DNA of 64,000 nucleotides from Minisyncoccota bacterium (lineage in GTDB: Bacteria; Patescibacteriota; Minisyncoccia; Phycocordibacterales; JABMNX01): the NCBI GenBank assembly GCA_040876885.1, contig JBBDOU010000012.1, positions 5,986 to 69,985 of the forward strand. Reading direction: 5' to 3'. Numbering within the stretch: the stretch's first letter is position 1; every line of letters begins with the position of its first letter. This document shows, in pieces, positions 58,471-64,000 of the stretch. The position numbers were made by a program, and so were the translations under genes. The notes beneath the pieces were generated by a model. That model made no database searches, was not told the DNA's origin, and saw only the letters and a list, made by a program, of their open reading frames with translations.

Positions 58471-59827
58471 CCATTACCTGCGCTCGATATATATTGTCGC
58501 TTTCTTGATAACGTGTGTCTTGGTGTTTTCTTTTTTTTCATTTGCTGTCCAAACACCACATGCTTCAGCACAGAGCGTTGAAGCACTTCAGAAGGAAATA
58601 TCTGATTTTAATGCAAAGATTAAGGCGCTCGAAGCGGAGATAGCAGAATACGAAGCAGAGCTCAATGTTATTGGAAGTGACAAACAGACACTCCAAAAAG
58701 CAATTCAAGAGCTTGATATTTCACGAAAAAAGCTTCTTACTAACATCAAGCTCACTCAAAACCAAATCTACTCAACAACACTCCAGATACAAGAGCTGGG
58801 AGACGAAATAGTAACAAAAGCAGACCGCATTGAGAATGATACTAATGCGGTTGCTCAAGCACTCCGCAATATATATGAATTTGAATCGCAGTCTATGCTT
58901 GAGGTTATTCTTGGAAATAAAAATCTCGATGCATTTTGGAATCAGCTTGAAACATTACAACGCTTTCAAAGGGTCGTTCGAGATGAACTCAAGCACCTTA
59001 AGGAATTAAAAGTGGAACTAGAAGAAACGAAACAAACCTCTGAAAAAAAGAAAGCGCAACTCACAAACTACAACACGCAACTTTCTGGGCAGAAAATAGT
59101 ACTCGAAGGAAATCTTTCAGAGAAAAATGTTGTCTTAGATAAGACTGTAGAAAAAGAGTCCGAGTATCAAAGACTTCTCAGTGAAAGAATCGCCGCGCGG
59201 GAGGTATTTGAAAATGAAATGCTTGAGCTTGAGTCACAACTCCGTACTATTATTGACCCAAATAGTATCCCTCCTGTGGGTTCAGGAATCCTGCGATGGC
59301 CCCTGAGTAATTCACAAATGATAGCCTGTGCAGGGTATAAGAAGAGTCTTGGAAACGAAAACTGTATTACCCAATATTTTGGAAACACCCCGTTTGCCTC
59401 AGCAAATGCTCAGGTGTACTCAGGAAAGGGTCATAACGGGGTTGATTTTAGAGCCTCTGTTGGGACAAAGCTTCAAGCAGCACTTTCTGGAGTGATAGTT
59501 GAGACAGGGAACACTGATGCACAAAAAGGGTGCTACTCATATGGTAAATGGGTTCTTATTAAACACAACAACGGGCTCTCGACGCTCTATGCACACCTCT
59601 CACTCGTCTCAGTAGAAGCTGGGCAAGTCGTCTCTACGGGAGACGTAATCGGATTTAGTGGTAACACAGGCTACTCAACTGGGCCACATCTCCATTTCAC
59701 AGTGATTGCAAGTCAAGGAGTCCAAGTGGTTCGTTTGGGAGACGTCAAGAAGATTACAAACTGCGGGAATGTTCGTATTCCCATAGCACCTCTTGATGCG
59801 TATCTGAATCCACTCTCATACCTATAA
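58451..59827 (+). CDS. Coiled-coil M23 peptidase (EnvC/MepM-like)
   Basis: Signal/TM, long coiled coil, HNGVD, TLYAHL, STGPHLHF. Confidence 0.92.
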   Translation: MHKKISNHYLRSIYIVAFLITCVLVFSFFSFAVQTPHASAQSVEALQKEISDFNAKIKALEAEIAEYEAELNVIGSDKQTLQKAIQELDISRKKLLTNIKLTQNQIYSTTLQIQELGDEIVTKADRIENDTNAVAQALRNIYEFESQSMLEVILGNKNLDAFWNQLETLQRFQRVVRDELKHLKELKVELEETKQTSEKKKAQLTNYNTQLSGQKIVLEGNLSEKNVVLDKTVEKESEYQRLLSERIAAREVFENEMLELESQLRTIIDPNSIPPVGSGILRWPLSNSQMIACAGYKKSLGNENCITQYFGNTPFASANAQVYSGKGHNGVDFRASVGTKLQAALSGVIVETGNTDAQKGCYSYGKWVLIKHNNGLSTLYAHLSLVSVEAGQVVSTGDVIGFSGNTGYSTGPHLHFTVIASQGVQVVRLGDVKKITNCGNVRIPIAPLDAYLNPLSYL

Positions 59828-59935
59828 AAAATATAGCAGTCCTTTGTGTATAACTTTACTGAAGTGGGATTATAAAAAAGTTAAAATAAAAACAGTAGGT
59901 CGAATTTATCTAATACGCATAAACTATCTAACAAT

Positions 59936-60175
59936 ATGAACGCAGTACACATGGTAGCATTTATTCTCCTTGTTGTAGGAGGCCTTAACTGGCTCGCAGT
60001 TGGAGCCCTTGGTTGGGATCTTGGCGACCTCTTTGGAGGACAAGACGCAATGATCTCTCGAGTTATCTACATCCTTGTAGGACTTTCAGCTATATACCAG
60101 CTCTTCACGCATCGAACATGTTGCAAAACATGTTCAACAAGTGGAGCACGTAACATGGATGGAGGAACAATGTAA
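59936..60175 (+). CDS. DUF378 small membrane protein
   Basis: LLVVGGLNW, RVIYILVGLSA. Confidence 0.88.
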   Translation: MNAVHMVAFILLVVGGLNWLAVGALGWDLGDLFGGQDAMISRVIYILVGLSAIYQLFTHRTCCKTCSTSGARNMDGGTM

Positions 60176-60207
60176 TACCTTTTTTATAAAGGATACACAG
60201 CTCAAAG

Positions 60208-60239
60208 AAAAAACGACCCGCGCTACGCAGGTCGTTTTT
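60208..60239. terminator. Bidirectional terminator
   Basis: AAAAACGACC...GGTCGTTTTT between convergent genes. Confidence 0.8.
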
Positions 60240-60254
60240 GTTTCCTTTGATTCT

Positions 60255-60521
60255 TTAGTTCAAGGAGTGTAGCGAACCAGCTACGCGAATTATTCTGGGA
60301 ATCTTGATGCCAGGATACATCACATCAACTGTTTTTATAGGGCCATCTACTTCACGTTCCCAAAACCTAAGAAACCCATGAATCCGTGGGAGCTCAGGAA
60401 CCAAGTCGAGCTCTTGTTTGATGAATTCATTGAGAAGACTTGGAAAGTCTGGAAGGTGATAGAAGATTCTAAAAGTAACCAATCTACAATCCGGATGCGC
60501 CTGAAGAGATAATTCACTCAC
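60255..60521 (-). CDS. Usg-like family protein
   Basis: T..I.YHLPDFPSLL..F..Q..D..P..P....FL.FWERE.DGP...V; SD GAGGAGGT; promoter TTGCAA-N17-TAAAAC. Confidence 0.8.
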   Translation of the reverse strand: MSELSLQAHPDCRLVTFRIFYHLPDFPSLLNEFIKQELDLVPELPRIHGFLRFWEREVDGPIKTVDVMYPGIKIPRIIRVAGSLHSLN

Positions 60522-60629
60522 GATAAACCTCCTCTAAAAGACTAAAGGAAACAACTCACTATTGGTAGTTTTACTCTAAATACAGCATTGTTGCAATAAA
60601 CTAATACGAGCCATTGTGTGGATATTAAA

Positions 60630-60664
60630 GAAAAAACCACTTTTTATATTTCTATAAAAAGTGG
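60630..60664 (-). terminator. Rho-independent terminator overlapping the zinc-finger ORF stop
   Basis: CCACTTTTTATA-loop-TATAAAAAGTGG followed by a U-tract on the minus strand. Confidence 0.75.
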
Positions 60665-60819
60665 CCTGAGATATACTGTGGTTGTTGTGGGATTGGTTTG
60701 GTACCACACCCACCACAGCTGGTGCATGTTTTAAAAGATTTACCAATTAACTTCCTCGACTTCGTTTTTTTGGGTCGAAGGAGACTACCGCTACCTCCAC
60801 ATCGGGAACAGGTTTTCAT
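60652..60819 (-). CDS. Small DnaJ-type zinc-finger protein, 55 aa, not in ORF track
   Basis: MKTCSRCGGSG...KTCTSCGGCG; ATGA overlap with the upstream gene. Confidence 0.75.
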   Translation of the reverse strand: MKTCSRCGGSGSLLRPKKTKSRKLIGKSFKTCTSCGGCGTKPIPQQPQYISGHFL

Positions 60820-61082
60820 ACCTTTTTCCGAACTTTGTGAACTATAAAGTCGAGGAGGGCGACTCCCACAAGCACAATAAACGACTTGTTTAAAAAATCT
60901 TTGATGGGGAACACTTCAGTATCAAGACTTACGTCTGTCAAAATGAAGCTGACACCTAACGGAAAACAAAAGTACACAAGAATCTTCCTAACCATAAAGA
61001 AAAAGAATTGCCAGAAAACCTCTGAACCCCAATCGTCTTCTTCATCTTCAATGGAAAGGAATTCGTCTTCAGAATAATTCAT
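60816..61082 (-). CDS. Small two-TM protein with acidic N-terminus, 88 aa (start reassigned to MNYSEDE)
   Basis: SD GAGGTG; promoter TTGACC-N17-TATTAT (61148-61120). Confidence 0.7.
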   Translation of the reverse strand: MNYSEDEFLSIEDEEDDWGSEVFWQFFFFMVRKILVYFCFPLGVSFILTDVSLDTEVFPIKDFLNKSFIVLVGVALLDFIVHKVRKKV

Positions 61083-61526
61083 CTTACACCTCACTGACTT
61101 ATCTATTTTTCTAAAAAAAATAATACCATGGTAATTATTCTCGGTCAACCGAGATATGAGTGATTCAAGAGGGGAGTAGGCGTGTAAAAACATTGGTCTG
61201 TATTCTCCTACACCACATGCTCTATACGTCCAATCTTTTGATGAGGCGACCTAATGGAGATACTTTCCCTCAATACAATACATTTTTAGAAATAATATAC
61301 GTAAACAGGTAAAGAATTAAACCCTGAATTATTTAAGAAAATTTTAAAAATATTTCTTCAGACATATAATACCTTATACGTGATGACATACAAAAGCCTT
61401 TTGTAGGTACCTAGAGATGTACTATAGAGGCTTCTAGGCCCAATCATGGGCATATCCAGTTAGAAGTATATATACACCGTATATTAGTGCGCAAAAGATA
61501 TATTGTGCGACACTTATGTAGTTTGC

Positions 61527-61961
61527 TTATACAGCTCTATCGCCTCCTAATAAGACGTGCCCCCCGATTAGTTCCAGTACTTTACTATTTATGAAGTTCT
61601 CTGGTATTTCTTCCAGGTGTAACCATTTCCATTCAGAAAACTTTTCGGGCTCCTTCAATTCTGCTTCTTGTGAGGAATTACAGATGAAGATATGGACTTT
61701 ATCACCTTCTTTTGCTCCTGGAACTTCCCCAGCATATTTTTGAACATTTAGATCTGTAATTCCAACTTCCTCAGCAACCTCACGAAGAAGCGTTTTTTCT
61801 AAAGTTTCTCCCTGGTCACATCGACCACCTGGAAGCGTCCACACAGATATCTCTTTAGTGTAATGCCGGAGACCGGTGAGAATTTTCCCTTCACGAACAA
61901 TAACTGCAACCGGGCAAGACGTATTACTTCCAATTTCCTGTAATTTCTGTTTAGGCTCCAT
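61527..61961 (-). CDS. NUDIX hydrolase
   Basis: Nudix box GGRCDQGETLEKTLLREVAEEVG; EPEKF..W.W. Confidence 0.93.
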   Translation of the reverse strand: MEPKQKLQEIGSNTSCPVAVIVREGKILTGLRHYTKEISVWTLPGGRCDQGETLEKTLLREVAEEVGITDLNVQKYAGEVPGAKEGDKVHIFICNSSQEAELKEPEKFSEWKWLHLEEIPENFINSKVLELIGGHVLLGGDRAV

Positions 61962-62045
61962 ATTCAGATTGTAAAATGCTTATTCTTATAATTCATTTTA
62001 TTATAACATATATGTATTTAGTTCGTGTAATGCGTCGTCCCTCAA

Positions 62046-62411
62046 CTACAAATCCTCACTAAAACTAATCTCTAGTTTACAAATCTCCTGCGGTCCAGCA
62101 ATCTCAATATAGTGATGCTGATATCTTTTCGAACTCTGCTCTGCAGTAAAGTTATAAATTTTTGTGTTATGAGTCTTTGCAAACTCTTGTAGTTGCTCAA
62201 GCGAATCGCAGTAAACCTCTATGGAAAGATTCTGAGTTAACGGCTGATCCTTCCCTTCCATGAGATTAATCAAGAAACCGCCATGAGGAACTTGAAAAGT
62301 TACCCATTTCTGGTGATTATAATTTCCAATTTCTTCTTCAAAAAACCGACCGAGAAATATCTTCATATCTTTAATATATTCTCCACAGACAAGATATAGA
62401 CCATACTTCAT
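62046..62411 (-). CDS. Hypothetical protein, VOC/glyoxalase-like fold
   Basis: WVTF, INLM, SIEVYCDSLE, GP...KLEI; TATAAT 9 nt before ATG. Confidence 0.6.
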   Translation of the reverse strand: MKYGLYLVCGEYIKDMKIFLGRFFEEEIGNYNHQKWVTFQVPHGGFLINLMEGKDQPLTQNLSIEVYCDSLEQLQEFAKTHNTKIYNFTAEQSSKRYQHHYIEIAGPQEICKLEISFSEDL

Positions 62412-62630
62412 ATACTCTTAATTATAGCGATTTTCGATTATTTTGCGACATTTGTTCTTGTAGTCTAGTTTATACGACGTATTTATACTTTTACCATCTT
62501 AGTAAATCAACTACGAGGAGACACTGCCTCAACATTCCTTTTGGACATAAATCCCCTCTTCTCTCTTACAAATAATCTGCTAGAATTAACGGAGTCACTT
62601 TATTAAAAATAAATATCAAAAATAGGTACT

Positions 62631-63035
62631 ATGAAATCATTATCTAATTGGGTTCCTTTAGTTGCCCGTATTCTCATTGGGGGAATGTTTATTATGGCTG
62701 GGTTCACTAAGATTACTTCTTTTGCAGGAACGGTTGATTTTGCCGCATCCGCAGGACTCCCCTTACCTGCTCTTGCTATAGTAATAGCTATCGCAATCGA
62801 GATACTCGGTGGACTTTCTATTCTTCTTGGATACAAGATTTTTTATGGCGCTGCTTCGGTAGCTCTATTTACGCTTGTAGCTTCATTTATATTCCATGGA
62901 AACTTTGCTGACCCAATGCAACAACTACTCTTTACTAAAAACATGGGCATCGTTGCTGCGCTTCTCTATATGCTACACTTTGGCGCTGGAGAATATTCTG
63001 TAGAAAAGAAAGAAGAATCTCAAGGAACTCTGTAG
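62631..63035 (+). CDS. DoxX family membrane protein
   Basis: ARIL..MF..AG..K, EILGGL, KN, GAG.YS. Confidence 0.92.
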   Translation: MKSLSNWVPLVARILIGGMFIMAGFTKITSFAGTVDFAASAGLPLPALAIVIAIAIEILGGLSILLGYKIFYGAASVALFTLVASFIFHGNFADPMQQLLFTKNMGIVAALLYMLHFGAGEYSVEKKEESQGTL

Positions 63036-63047
63036 TCATTACCACCG

Positions 63048-63089
63048 CAAAATAAAAACACGCCACATGAGATGGCGTGTTTTTATTTT
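63048..63089. terminator. Bidirectional terminator
   Basis: AAAATAAAAACACGCCA...TGGCGTGTTTTTATTTT. Confidence 0.85.
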
Positions 63090-63098
63090 GTGGGGTGT

Positions 63099-63506
63099 TT
63101 ATTTAGCTAACGCAAGTACCATACCTCCCCAACACTTTTGTGAATACTTCCATGGTTTTGTTCCCATCTTTTCATATAAAGAACGGGCGTATTGCAAGTT
63201 TCCTTCAAGTGTATACAGGTCGACATTTGATTCCAGAGCAGTATCGAGGTGAAAGTCTTCGTTAATCTGCATCACCCCAACGTCTCGTGGGTTTTCTTCT
63301 CCTCGGAGAACATTACCCCGTGTATCAAAGTGTCTAAACCGTGATTCACACTCCGCTATCTCTGCCAGAATCGGTACGTCTGAGAAATATATACGTACAT
63401 ACTGCTCTACGTATGCAGGAGTCTGCGTTACCTTTGCTACTGTCGACTCAAGATGAGTAGGGTCAGCAGCAGCGGTAAACATAAACGCTAATATAGTTAA
63501 TATCAT
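63099..63506 (-). CDS. Secreted lysozyme-like/lytic transglycosylase (SLT-like) protein
   Basis: Signal peptide; IAECES (catalytic Glu), GVMQIN, N..YA..LY...G..PW. Confidence 0.8.
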   Translation of the reverse strand: MILTILAFMFTAAADPTHLESTVAKVTQTPAYVEQYVRIYFSDVPILAEIAECESRFRHFDTRGNVLRGEENPRDVGVMQINEDFHLDTALESNVDLYTLEGNLQYARSLYEKMGTKPWKYSQKCWGGMVLALAK

Positions 63507-63647
63507 GTTTTAGGCGTATGTAACGTGTCAGAAATGCATCTTTTCAGAACATTTCTTTTTTGTTAATACGTCATTAATGGTAAAAGAAAAATCTGGCTCG
63601 TCTGCCAGATAGAGCTGTATTATAGCATCTGTCATTTATATTGTCAA
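63507..63647 (-). promoter_or_regulatory. Consensus promoter TTGACA-N17-TATAAT plus a structured leader of about 105 nt
   Basis: -35 at 63647-63642, -10 at 63624-63619; hairpin ATCTGGC/GCCAGAT plus U-tract. Confidence 0.75.
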
Positions 63648-63849
63648 TACTCCAACAAAGAGTACCGGCTCGTCTATGTACCGATCAAGAAAAGCCCTAG
63701 AATGGCTTAGATGACGCCTAAAACCATGTTTATAGAGGTAAGCGCTGTACTAATGAAGCCAGTAGCCAACGCAAGGTTTTGTTTATCGTAGTACCACTTT
63801 TTTTTATGAGTCATATCTTTTACTTAAAAAATTCTAATCTAGATGTGCT

Positions 63850-64000
63850 TTATATACACACCTTATCCATAATTACAGTATACGCCTCATCAACAGAGTC
63901 AACGAGCGTGTACATGTTTATATCTTCCTTAGAAATAGTGTGGTGTGTCTCAAGAAGACCTTTCTCTATCCATTCTAATAATGGACCCCAGAAATCCTTC
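63850..64000 (-). CDS. 3' end of a LOG family (TIGR00730-type) protein, partial
   Basis: Manual translation KDFWGPLLEWIEKGLLETHHTISKEDINMYTLVDSVDEAY. Confidence 0.7.
   Translation of the reverse strand, partial: KDFWGPLLEWIEKGLLETHHTISKEDINMYTLVDSVDEAYTVIMDKVCI

Noticed and set aside
61194-61526. AT-rich 330-bp gap as an ncRNA or pseudogene
   Set aside because: No convincing structure, and no recognisable protein remnant in the frames I read

Overview
Gene-dense, mostly + strand chromosomal segment (about 40% GC by eye, standard code with TGA as stop). Gene content points to a Patescibacteria/CPR bacterium, most likely Parcubacteria; this is inferred from the short atpC, short AlaRS, archaeal-type AspRS, sigma70-r4/HARE-HTH protein, ATP-cone/Mrr protein, DUF5671, and the FtsA-like plus baseplate-J-like pair before infA. 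Core content: end of the atp operon, an RND pump, ychF, leuS, mltG, mnmA, a repair/clean-up cluster (PD-(D/E)xK nuclease, NADAR, MGMT, ung, alarmone hydrolase), pepF, alaS, infA-rpmJ-rpsM-rpsK-rpsD-rpoA-rplQ-rplM-rpsI, grpE-dnaK-dnaJ, trpS, aspS, pepA, scpAB, a D,D-carboxypeptidase, mraY, ftsW, murG, gltX and an M23 peptidase. I found no tRNA, rRNA, CRISPR array or transposase. Best leads: (1) a coupled PlsC-like acyltransferase plus acyl-ACP-reductase-like gene next to an orphan 7TM histidine kinase, a candidate lipid/aldehyde signal synthase-receptor system; (2) a two-tier expression pattern in which core genes lack Shine-Dalgarno (SD) sites and are often near-leaderless, while scattered orphan genes sit in self-contained promoter-SD-ORF-terminator cassettes; (3) several small ORFs, structured leaders and palindromes missed by the ORF track. 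All family calls come from motif recognition by eye; no database searches were run.
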